From NCBI GenBank assembly GCA_965263355.1, contig CBDHHL010000056.1, forward strand, positions 192,001 through 256,000: a stretch of 64,000 nt of DNA, given 5' to 3'. Made by a program: the position numbers and the translations under genes. Shown in pieces: positions 10,414 to 19,256 of this stretch. The number at the start of each line of letters is the position of its first letter. Position 1 is the stretch's first letter. This DNA is from Leptolyngbyaceae cyanobacterium (GTDB lineage: Bacteria > Cyanobacteriota > Cyanobacteriia > Phormidesmidales > Phormidesmidaceae). The notes under the pieces are model-generated. The model saw nothing but the letters and a program-made list of their open reading frames with translations, was not told the DNA's origin and ran no database searches.

Positions 10414-11628
10414 TTAATTATCCATTGCCTGTTGCCAGTATTCGTAAACGCTAGTGGCCATTGTGAGGACACCGGTTGCGATCGCACCCTCATCCACTTC
10501 AAATTTAGGATGGTGCAGGGGGTGGTTATGGCGGTCTTCAAACCCAATACCCAAGCGAAACATGTTACCCGGCACCTGTTCAGTATAGAGGGCAAAATCT
10601 TCAGCTCCTGTGGAGGGTTCGGCCAGCCACTCAATACAATGTTCGCCTAGGCTCTTCTGGGCCGCATCGGCGACAATCTGCACTAGTTTTTCAGCATTGA
10701 TAACAGAAGTAACCAGCCGCTGGTAGTTAAATTCATATTTAGCACCGTGCATGGTGCACACACCAGCAACAATATCCTCAATCCACTCAGGTAGCTTTTT
10801 ATGAACGTCGGGTTGCAGCGATCGCACCGTTCCCTGCATCACTACCCGATCGGCAATTACATTCGCCGCTTTACCCCCAGAAATTTTGCCAATGGTAATC
10901 ACAGCCGGGTGTAATGGATTGATCCGACGACTGAGCGATTGTTGCAAGGTGGTCATCACCTGGGAGGCTACCCAAATTGCATCGACCGCCTGGTGGGGGC
11001 GGGCACCATGGCCTGACTCGCCAATAATGACAATTTCCACATCATCTGATGCCGCTGTCAGCGCTCCCCGCCGTAGCCCCACCTTACCCGCCTGAATAGT
11101 AGGCAGTACATGGACCCCAAAAATTGCTACCACATCTGTCAGGGCATTATCGTTAATCATCCACTTAGCCCCCTGCGCGGTTTCCTCCGCAGGCTGAAAT
11201 AAAAAGCGTGTGGTACCGGCAAATTTTTGCTGTTCAGTGAGTTCGGCCAGAACCATGGCAGTCCCTAGACCAACCGTTGTATGCACATCGTGACCGCAGG
11301 CATGCATAATGCCTCGATTTTTAGAGCTAAAGGGCAGATCAACCTGTTCAAGAATTGGTAACGCATCCATATCCGTCCGTACAGCCAAAATTTCAGAGAC
11401 AGTTCCGGTCCCTTCAAGGTTGACCACTACGCCAGTTTTCCCAATCATTTCCTGGACATGCAGCCCACAGGATGACATTACCCCAGCAACGTAGGCAGCG
11501 GTTTGATATTCCTGACCGCTGAGTTCTGGATGGGCATGGAGGTGACGGCGAATTTCAATCAGGCGTGGAGTAATTTTTTCGGTGATGGCCTTAATCTGAT
11601 CGTGCATGGTGCAATGGGAAGGGGGCAT
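10414..11628 (-). CDS. M20D family amidohydrolase (N-acyl-L-amino acid amidohydrolase type)
   Basis: RRHLHAHPELSGQE, RTDMDALPI, MHACGHDVHT, FQPAEE, GAEDFA, PLHHPKF. Confidence 0.93.
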   Translation of the reverse strand: MPPSHCTMHDQIKAITEKITPRLIEIRRHLHAHPELSGQEYQTAAYVAGVMSSCGLHVQEMIGKTGVVVNLEGTGTVSEILAVRTDMDALPILEQVDLPFSSKNRGIMHACGHDVHTTVGLGTAMVLAELTEQQKFAGTTRFLFQPAEETAQGAKWMINDNALTDVVAIFGVHVLPTIQAGKVGLRRGALTAASDDVEIVIIGESGHGARPHQAVDAIWVASQVMTTLQQSLSRRINPLHPAVITIGKISGGKAANVIADRVVMQGTVRSLQPDVHKKLPEWIEDIVAGVCTMHGAKYEFNYQRLVTSVINAEKLVQIVADAAQKSLGEHCIEWLAEPSTGAEDFALYTEQVPGNMFRLGIGFEDRHNHPLHHPKFEVDEGAIATGVLTMATSVYEYWQQAMDN

Positions 11629-11782
11629 TTATTTAGTTTACGGTGCTATACACGATCACAGTTTTCTAATGTCAACACACCTTTTGAAAAAGCTTGTTCA
11701 GATATTAAAGGCGTTTTTTACCAGTTTTCTAAAAAACTTAAATGTGATTGGAATTCCTGGAGAGATAGTGCTGACACACTTC

Positions 11783-11822
11783 TAAGTAGATGAGCACAAT
11801 TCATTTCAAAATCCTAGAAGCC
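11783..11822. mobile_element. End of a MITE-like element; inverted copy of the right end of 33981-34143
   Basis: TAAGTAGATGAGCACAATTCATTTCAAAATCCTAGAAGC matches the reverse complement of ~34105-34143 with 2 mismatches. Confidence 0.7.
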
Positions 11823-12058
11823 CCTTTACGGAAGCATCTGTGTTCTCCATACCCCGACTGGCTTAAGGAAGAGATGGGGATAGGGGCTACTGTTTAGTTG
11901 TGGCGAATATACAGCTAAGTACCAGACATGCTAAAAACACAATGAGCAATACAAGGCTGTCTTTTGGTTCACAGCCTCTGAACCATACTAGCGCTCAAAT
12001 CTGTGTCAATGGCGACATGACTTGCCAAAGACGATTGAACAGGGTATCTATGGAGCAT

Positions 12059-12132
12059 CTAAGCCACGTCCAAGTTAAAACCTGCGGGGTCTTCTAGGTC
12101 AAAATGACCGTCCTGGATGTGGACAAGATTTA
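12059..12132 (+). repeat. ~75-nt dispersed element, copy A (upstream of mscS)
   Basis: TAAGCCACGTCCAA...TCTTCTA...TGGATGTGGACAAGATTTA; matches 24532-24608 and 46352-46425. Confidence 0.75.
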
Positions 12133-12167
12133 TTCAAGTACCGTTATTCAACTGAGCGCTAACCGTT

Positions 12168-13298
12168 GTGAATGCAGCCTTAAACGCCATTACCCTGACA
12201 AATATCATTCGCATTATCGTACCTATACTCATTATCCTGGGTGCGTTTTTTCTAGGACTGGTCGTTGAACGCCAGGGACTCAATCGACTCCAGGCAGCTT
12301 CTACAAAACTTGGCTGGGGCGGTGCTGATGTCATCATCAGTTCCCTCAAAGGATTGATTTTGCTTTGGTTTGTTATCGGGGGTGCCTTTGCAGCCATCCC
12401 GACTTTACCGATTGACAATAATCTATTTCTAACGATTCAAAAGAGTCTATTAGCCGCTGCCATTGCGTCGGGTACGTTGATTGTTGCTCGTCTGGCAGTC
12501 GGTTTTGTTCGCTACTTTTCTGAAACTAAGGGGGCAGGCAGCCTTACATCTCTATTTGAGATGCTGACGCGGATTGTTATCTTCACCTTTGGTGTTCTTG
12601 TTATTCTTCAATCCCTTGGTATTGCCATTACCCCCTTACTAACTGCCCTGGGTATCGGTGGTGTGTCCCTGGGTTTGGCTTTTCAGAGCACCCTCACCAA
12701 CTTTCTCTCCGGTCTAAATTTAGCCACCTCTAATAAGCTCAGGGTGGGAGACTTTATCCAGCTAGATTCTGGTGAAGAAGGCTATGTTGTCGATATTGCC
12801 TGGCGACATACCATCTTGCAAGACATCCGCGACAATATGGTAGTAGTCCCTAATACCCGCATCCTCAATAATGTCTTCAAAAATTATGGTTTACCGGACC
12901 AAGAAGCACTAATTGTGCTTGAAGTTGGTATTAGCTACGACACAGACTTAGAACAGGTTGAACAGGTAGCCCTTGAGGTGGCCAATCAGGTTATGAATGA
13001 GGTGGCAGGCGGTGTTCCTGATTCTGACCCGTGGATTCGGTTTAAAGAATTTGGTTACTTTGCCATTACCATGGCAGTCTATCTGCGCATTCGCGAATAT
13101 TTCGACCATCTGGTTGTGCGCCATGAGTTTATTAAACGACTGCATACACGCTTCCGCAATGAGAATATTCCCATGCCGTTTCCGATTAAAACATCGTTAA
13201 TTCCAATCCCCCATGAGCAGAAGCACAATGTTAAACGCAGTGCCCTGAGCCAGGACGGGTTAGCTGAACTACCTTTTTTAAAGGATGATCACCAGTAG
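12168..13298 (+). CDS. mscS: Small-conductance mechanosensitive channel
   Basis: LTALGIGGVSLGLAFQSTLTNFLSG, LRVGDFIQL, VVVPN, VGISYDTDL; multiple TM helices. Confidence 0.92.
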   Translation: MNAALNAITLTNIIRIIVPILIILGAFFLGLVVERQGLNRLQAASTKLGWGGADVIISSLKGLILLWFVIGGAFAAIPTLPIDNNLFLTIQKSLLAAAIASGTLIVARLAVGFVRYFSETKGAGSLTSLFEMLTRIVIFTFGVLVILQSLGIAITPLLTALGIGGVSLGLAFQSTLTNFLSGLNLATSNKLRVGDFIQLDSGEEGYVVDIAWRHTILQDIRDNMVVVPNTRILNNVFKNYGLPDQEALIVLEVGISYDTDLEQVEQVALEVANQVMNEVAGGVPDSDPWIRFKEFGYFAITMAVYLRIREYFDHLVVRHEFIKRLHTRFRNENIPMPFPIKTSLIPIPHEQKHNVKRSALSQDGLAELPFLKDDHQ

Positions 13299-13390
13299 CA
13301 GTTTATTTATCACTCACCACAAAGGCCCAAGTAATGAGGATTGAATAACTTCCATATTTTGCTTGAGTTGAGGCAAAGTGGGATACCCTT

Positions 13391-13422
13391 TCCCCTCCTG
13401 GGAGGGGCAGCGGGGTGGGTTG
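13391..13422. repeat. REP-like palindromic repeat
   Basis: TCCCCTCCTGGGAGGGGCAGCGGGGTGGGTTG is the reverse complement of 27307-27336 apart from a 2-nt insertion. Confidence 0.7.
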
Positions 13423-13562
13423 CCCCCCTTACAGCATCTCTCCCAAGCGGTAAGGAATCGGCACATTATTAAATTTCCAATCCCAAGATCATGGGCTTAC
13501 ACCTACCACCGCTCACCGCCCCACGCAAAATTTTAAGCTTGACACAATAGTAAGTGTTGTTT

Positions 13563-15281
13563 TTAAACATATAGAGTAAGCGATTGATTCTCTTCCCCAG
13601 ATGTCTCTTCAGCTTGAGCCTGCAACAAACGATTGCAGCCGTTGATCACGGCCAGCATAGAAGCAGTGGTAAGATTGCGATGGGTACCCATGCCATAGTA
13701 GCGCTGCTGTTTTTGGGGAACCGTCACAGCCACCAACGCAATTGCTGTGGCTCCGCTGCCCGTATTTAATGCCCGTTCCTCATAGTCAGCTATCTCGATG
13801 GCAAATCCATGATGGCGTAGGGCTGCCACCAGAGCATCAATCGGCCCATTCCCAGCTCCCTGAAACCATAGTGTTTGATTTTCATAGCTCACTTGCATAG
13901 TTAGCCGCTGTACCTGATGGTTGTCACCTGCGGTTTCTAGCCGGTGGGTTACGTATCCCAGTGGACCAGCCAGTGCGCCATAGGTTTGACAAAACAACTG
14001 CCAAATTAAACCAGACGACATTTCCTCACCAGTGCGATCCATCACTTGTTGTACTACCTGGCTAAACTCCACCTGCAAAGGCTTAGGGAGTACGACACCA
14101 TAGTCTCGCTCCAGCAAAAATGCAATACCCCCCTTGCCTGACTGACTATTGACTCGCACAATGGCTTCATAGGAGCGGCCCACATCTGCCGGATCCATGG
14201 GTAAATAGGGAATTTCCCAGATATCCTCTGGCTGACGTTGGGCAAATCCTTTTTTGATCGCATCCTGGTGAGACCCTGAAAAGGCAGTGAACACCAGCTC
14301 CCCAACATAGGGATGACGCGGATGGATGGGTAGCTGAGTACATCGCTCAACTACCTCAGAGACTTGAGCAATCTTTGAGAAATCTAGCCCCGGATGAATG
14401 CCCTGGGTATAGAGGTTCATGGCCAGGGTCACCAGGTCCACATTGCCCGTACGTTCACCATTGCCAAAGAGACAGCCTTCTACCCGGTCAGCACCTCCCA
14501 TTTGCGCCAGTTCTGCAGCTGCAACACTACAGCCTCGGTCATTATGGGGATGAACGCTAAGGGCCACGGCCTCACGATAGGCCAAATGGCGATGCATCCA
14601 TTCCACCTGGTCGGCAAATACATTGGGGGTGGCTACTTCTACACTGGCAGGCAGGTTAATAATTGCCTTTGCCTTTGGGGTGGGCTGCCATACTGCCAGG
14701 ACGGCATTACAAATATCTCGGGCAAAGGGGAGTTCTGTGGAGGTAAAAACTTCTGGAGAATATTGAAATCGCCAGACTGTGTCGGACTGACGTTGGGCAA
14801 GCTGCCGGATTAGCGCGGCTGCCGACACTGCTAGTTCAATGGTTTCAGCCTGATTGTTGCCAAACACCACTCGCCGAAATACAGGAGCTGTCGCGTTGTA
14901 GACATGGACAATTGCCCGTTTTGCCCCTTGCAATGATTCAAATGTCCGTCGGATCAGTGGTTCTCTCGCTTGAGTGAGAACCTGTATAGTGACTTCATCG
15001 GGTATATGGTTTTCGTCAATCAGCCGTCGGACAAACTCAAATTCTGTTGCCGATGCGGATGGAAACCCCACTTCGATTTCTTTAAAGCCTATTTGCACTA
15101 ACAACTGAAAAAACCGTAGCTTTTGGTCAATGGACATGGGCTGAGCCAGGGCCTGATTGCCATCGCGCAGATCGGTGCTAAGCCATACGGGGGGCTGGGT
15201 AAGGGTGCGGCTGGGCCAGGTGCGATCGCTAAGCTGAATCGGTTGAAATGGACGGTATTTTTGAGCGGGATTCTGCAACAT
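13563..15281 (-). CDS. leuA: 2-isopropylmalate synthase (yeast/actinobacterial/Pseudomonas-type LeuA)
   Basis: MLQNPAQKYRPF, WLSTDLRDGNQAL, EIEVGFPSAS, SVHPHNDRG, GNGERTGNVDL, FTAFSGSHQDAIKKG, RVNSQSGKGG, GAGNGPIDA; ATG 15281 with AAGGA upstream. Confidence 0.95.
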   Translation of the reverse strand: MLQNPAQKYRPFQPIQLSDRTWPSRTLTQPPVWLSTDLRDGNQALAQPMSIDQKLRFFQLLVQIGFKEIEVGFPSASATEFEFVRRLIDENHIPDEVTIQVLTQAREPLIRRTFESLQGAKRAIVHVYNATAPVFRRVVFGNNQAETIELAVSAAALIRQLAQRQSDTVWRFQYSPEVFTSTELPFARDICNAVLAVWQPTPKAKAIINLPASVEVATPNVFADQVEWMHRHLAYREAVALSVHPHNDRGCSVAAAELAQMGGADRVEGCLFGNGERTGNVDLVTLAMNLYTQGIHPGLDFSKIAQVSEVVERCTQLPIHPRHPYVGELVFTAFSGSHQDAIKKGFAQRQPEDIWEIPYLPMDPADVGRSYEAIVRVNSQSGKGGIAFLLERDYGVVLPKPLQVEFSQVVQQVMDRTGEEMSSGLIWQLFCQTYGALAGPLGYVTHRLETAGDNHQVQRLTMQVSYENQTLWFQGAGNGPIDALVAALRHHGFAIEIADYEERALNTGSGATAIALVAVTVPQKQQRYYGMGTHRNLTTASMLAVINGCNRLLQAQAEETSGEENQSLTLYV

Positions 15282-15519
15282 GATGGTTTCCTTAAACGAG
15301 TTGTTGTACTGGGATAATCGAAGGTAGACAGCGCCTAGGGAACCCACCCCAACATTTCCCCCTTGGAAAGCAGGGCTGTTTCATTGTTTGGACAGAAAAT
15401 CTGAAGGCATTGAAAGCTCATTTGAGGAAAGGCATGCTCTACTTGGCGGTGGGCCAAACAACAATGCGATAACCTGATTAATCGCCCCCGCCGTAACCCT
15501 TCCTTTAATACCATCAAGA

Positions 15520-15600
15520 ACACCCCAGTAGGTGGGGTTCTGGGGCGGCCTTCCGGCCCTAGCCATGGGGGTTTGGGGAACTCGGAGGGACCCCAAGCAA
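15520..15600. repeat. GC-rich multi-hairpin REP-like element inside the leuA upstream region
   Basis: CCCCAGTAGGTGGGG, GGCCTTCCGGCC and TTGGGG...CCCCAA stems in a GC-rich patch within an otherwise lower-GC spacer. Confidence 0.45.
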
Positions 15601-15918
15601 CCGGTTTTAGTTCTCTCCGATCATATCTCGATTTAGTATGAACGAAGTAATAAGCCTTACGGATTTTCTCTGGTGAACACGAAACAACCCTGTCCTTGGA
15701 AGGGGTATCGGTGGGTAGCCATAGTTTTAAAAGCAGGTAACAAAAATGACAGCTTACCAGAGCGCTTTCATCTCATCGCCTAGTTTCTGTCTAAGACAAC
15801 AGGAGCTGTCTATGAAATAACTGTGCAATCACTATAGGCATGCAACTCAAAGGTTAAACCCCTACTTAAAGGAGCTACAAACTTCTAAATTGTCTTTGTA
15901 GACGCCTGTTCGGATCGA

Positions 15919-16023
15919 TTAATTTTGGGGTGAAGTCAAGTTAGTATGCGCCAGGCGCAGCAGCAGTCCTAGCCCGTTGAGGCTAGTTAGACTGTGTAGT
16001 GATAGCTGCTTGGTGGTGTTCAT
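15919..16023 (-). CDS. Putative leucine-rich leader peptide of leuA (34 aa)
   Basis: MNTTKQLSLHSLTSLNGLGLLLRLAHTNLTSPQN*: 10 Leu codons (4 CTA, 4 CTG, CTC, TTG), same strand as and upstream of leuA, directly after a predicted promoter. Confidence 0.6.
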   Translation of the reverse strand: MNTTKQLSLHSLTSLNGLGLLLRLAHTNLTSPQN

Positions 16024-16056
16024 ATCTAACACGATAACAATTAGAACGTAATATAC

Positions 16057-16086
16057 ATGGTAGCCTGTAAGTTCTTCTTTCGTCAA
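16057..16086 (-). promoter_or_regulatory. Sigma70-type promoter for the leader/leuA transcript
   Basis: Minus strand TTGACG-N18-TACCAT, ending 33 nt before the leader ATG. Confidence 0.5.
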
Positions 16087-16111
16087 CAAACTATGCTAGT
16101 AAGTCATTAAT

Positions 16112-16516
16112 CTAGTCAATCTGCCAATCAACAACTGGGAGACTCAATACTCTTTCAAACTCTTTGGTGTTATGAGTCACCAATGTCAACTCATTGACTA
16201 ATGCAATGGCAGCAATTTGTAAATCATTAGGGCCAATAGGTGTACCAGCCGCCGCTAACGTAGCACGGATTTTAGCATAAACCTTAGCCGCCTCATCATC
16301 AAACAGTAACGAGATAAAAGCCTGTAAAAATTGTTTTTGTTTTGCTAATGTCTTTTGAGGATTATTGCTTCGTTGTGCACCATAAAATAGTTCTGCTTTT
16401 ACCACCGAGCAAACGGCAATATCGTCGGATGACTGTTCCTTTAGCCACTGACGAACAGATTTAGAACGGCCATTCAAATACATGACACATATGTTGGTAT
16501 CCAGCAAATATTGCAT
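16112..16516 (-). CDS. vapC: PIN-domain toxin VapC
   Basis: YLLDTNICV, VVKAELFYGA, PIGPNDLQIAAIAL, LVTHNTKEFERV. Confidence 0.93.
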   Translation of the reverse strand: MQYLLDTNICVMYLNGRSKSVRQWLKEQSSDDIAVCSVVKAELFYGAQRSNNPQKTLAKQKQFLQAFISLLFDDEAAKVYAKIRATLAAAGTPIGPNDLQIAAIALVNELTLVTHNTKEFERVLSLPVVDWQID

Positions 16517-16825
16517 CCTAGCAAGTTCCTACGAGCATGTCCTCCTGGTATTCAAAGGGAATTTGCACTGGCAACGTAACTAAAACAATATTGCCCTTAT
16601 CTAACTAATGAGGATTCCAGTTTGCTCAGCCGTAACTTCCTAAAAAGCCTTGGTTCAAATCAGATAGTTAGCATTTATCTTCAATATCATAGCCTGGTGC
16701 TATGGATTCAGCTTAGCCATTACCCACAGGCTTTTCCATATTCGAGACAGGTATAACAATACAGAAATTTTTTAAGCAGAAATGCCTGGTACCCTAACAT
16801 AGTTAACAAAACTTCACTAAATTTT

Positions 16826-18046
16826 ATGGCTGCCAAATCACGGCTACCTCTACAGTTTTGGATCGTCACCCTGGTGGCGTTTATCAACTCCGTCAGCTTT
16901 ACCATTATCATTCCAACGCTATACCCCTATGCCAAGGAATTTGGCCTCAGTGACCTGGCGGCCAGTCTGCTAACCACAGGGTTTTCCCTATCGCAGTTTT
17001 TGGGAACGCCTATTTTAGGACGCCTGTCGGATCGCATTGGTCGGAAACCATTATTGGTCATTAGCTTACTGGGTACTGTGGTGGCTAACATCCTGGCGGC
17101 AGTGAGTCCTTTTGCCTGGTGGTTGTATCTGGCGCGGATGTTGGATGGATTAACTGGGGGCAATAATTCGGTGGCCCAAGCCGTGGTGAGTGATATTACG
17201 ACCCCAGAACAGCGTACCCAGGCCTTTGGCATTTTTGGGGGCATGTTCCGTCTTGGTTTTGTCGTGGGTCCTCCCCTGGCTTACTTTGCCCAGACTTTGC
17301 CACCATTGCCAGGTATTACGCCATTGGGTATGAGCTTTATGATGTCAGCCATCATGGCACTCGTGGCGGCAATTCTGTGTTTTGCGGTGCTGCCGGAAAC
17401 CCGTCCACCGTCAGACTGTGATAAAAACCTCAAACTCTCCCTGGCTGACTTCGGCTTTGGTCGCCTTGCCACCTCATTTCGGAAACCGTTGGTGGGTCGC
17501 ATTTTTATCATGACCTTTCTCAACGGGGCCACGTTTACCGTATTCACCTTTGCGTTTCAGCCCTTCTTTCTGACCGTGCTGGGACAAGATACTAAATTAT
17601 TGGCCTTTTCCTTTGTCTTTTTTGGCATTCTGGCCTTTCTCTCCCAGGTATTTCTATTAGAGCCCCTGCGTAAACGGATGAATCTTGTCACGTTGCTGGT
17701 GGTGGCGCTGATTATGCGTGGGATCTTGCTAATCCTTTATCCCTCATTTCCAACAATTCAGGCATTTTGGATCCTGTTATTCTTCTTTGGCATTGTCAAT
17801 GCTTTTCCCATGCCGCTGATTGATTCGCTGTTGTCGTTACGGACACCCAAGGATGAACAGGGGGAAGCCCTGGGGACCAATTCTTCCTATTTGAGTATCG
17901 CTAATGCGGTGGGTCCGGCTATTTCTGGTGTGCTAGTCACCTTTGGCTACGGGATTCCGTTTTTTGTGGCGGGCGGGTTGACGATTGCGATCGCACTATT
18001 CGCCCTTTCCCTAAATACTCCAAGTCAAGAAGCAACAGCGGTTTAA
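16826..18046 (+). CDS. MFS transporter (TetA/DHA1-like efflux family)
   Basis: Motif A GRLSDRIGRKP, ARMLDGLTGGN, GFVVGP; about 12 TM helices. Confidence 0.9.
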   Translation: MAAKSRLPLQFWIVTLVAFINSVSFTIIIPTLYPYAKEFGLSDLAASLLTTGFSLSQFLGTPILGRLSDRIGRKPLLVISLLGTVVANILAAVSPFAWWLYLARMLDGLTGGNNSVAQAVVSDITTPEQRTQAFGIFGGMFRLGFVVGPPLAYFAQTLPPLPGITPLGMSFMMSAIMALVAAILCFAVLPETRPPSDCDKNLKLSLADFGFGRLATSFRKPLVGRIFIMTFLNGATFTVFTFAFQPFFLTVLGQDTKLLAFSFVFFGILAFLSQVFLLEPLRKRMNLVTLLVVALIMRGILLILYPSFPTIQAFWILLFFFGIVNAFPMPLIDSLLSLRTPKDEQGEALGTNSSYLSIANAVGPAISGVLVTFGYGIPFFVAGGLTIAIALFALSLNTPSQEATAV

Positions 18047-18055
18047 TGTTGAGAT

Positions 18056-18095
18056 TAGTCAATGCCTAGTTGGGATTAGGCATTGACTATTTGTT
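18056..18095. terminator. Intrinsic terminator hairpin between convergent MFS and rph
   Basis: 13-bp perfect stem TAGTCAATGCCTA/TAGGCATTGACTA, 8-nt loop, T-rich tail on the + strand. Confidence 0.75.
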
Positions 18096-18097
18096 GT

Positions 18098-18820
18098 TTA
18101 ACCTTGCAATAGAGCCTCTTTCTGCAACGCCATCAACCGTTTGATGCCTAACTCTGCATAGTCCAACATCTGGTTAAGTTGCTGACGGCTAAAGCTATCG
18201 GCTTCGGCAGTGCCCTGGACTTCGATGTAACCCAGGTCACCATTCAGAACAACATTGAAGTCAATGTCAGCAGCGACGTCTTCGGGATAGTTCAAATCGA
18301 GAAAGGCATCGCCGTCTAACAAGCCGACAGACACAGCTGCAATCTGATGTTTGAGGGGGGAGCTTTGTAAAGTGCCGTTGTCGATTAGAGTTGCGATCGC
18401 ATCTTCTAAGGCCACATAGGCCCCCGTGATCGACGTCGTGCGAGTCCCCCCATCGGCCTGGATCACATCCGCATCCACCATCAGCGTTATTTCCCCTAAC
18501 GCCTCTAAATCGATGGCCGCCCGCAAACTACGACCAATCAACCGCTGAATCTCTTGGGTGCGGCCCGATAATTTCATCAACTCCCGCTTACTGCGAGTAT
18601 GGGTGGCACTGGGCAACATGCGATATTCAGCAGTCAACCAGCCCTGTCCCGAATCCTTAAGCCAACGAGGCACATCGTCAGACACCGACACCGTACAAAG
18701 CACCTGGGTATTACCGCAGTGGGTTAAGACAGACCCCGCCGCATAGCGAGTAAAATGCCGCTCAAATTTAATCGGACGGAGTTCATCGGGTTGTCGGCCA
18801 TCGGGACGCTGCCAAACCAT
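18098..18820 (-). CDS. rph: Ribonuclease PH
   Basis: [67 protein letters not shown]. Confidence 0.97.
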   Translation of the reverse strand: MVWQRPDGRQPDELRPIKFERHFTRYAAGSVLTHCGNTQVLCTVSVSDDVPRWLKDSGQGWLTAEYRMLPSATHTRSKRELMKLSGRTQEIQRLIGRSLRAAIDLEALGEITLMVDADVIQADGGTRTTSITGAYVALEDAIATLIDNGTLQSSPLKHQIAAVSVGLLDGDAFLDLNYPEDVAADIDFNVVLNGDLGYIEVQGTAEADSFSRQQLNQMLDYAELGIKRLMALQKEALLQG

Positions 18821-19256
18821 AGTAAATGCTCTATAGAAAATATTTCCAAGATACACAGCCTGGGAGCCAATAAAGGGTTACCACTAGTTTTTTTAGGGTT
18901 TACCAAAACCGGTTTAATAAAATACCTTTACTGAAGAATTATTCAGATTTCTGGGTTACTAATGTGAAAAATATTGAACTTTGGAACTCCATGACCTCAG
19001 ACCATCGTCTGCGTAGCAAACATGTCCTCATTGCGCTATTTTTCACAGACTTCAGATCCTTTATGTAAACTACGTGGAAGCGTTCTAATTCTAGAACTGC
19101 CATTTCACTCACTGTAGTCAGGGTGTGATGTATCAATATCTTGACATTTAGGATCTTTGTGACAAGGAACGATTAAACATGAATACCTGTTTGCCAAAAA
19201 TTGATCAGTATTTAATCAATAATAAAGCCTTATTAAAGTAATCCCCCCTAGAGGAA

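Noticed and set aside
15282..15347. 22-codon N-terminal extension of leuA in the ORF track
   Set aside because: Family similarity begins at MLQNPAQKY, which has its own RBS-like sequence.
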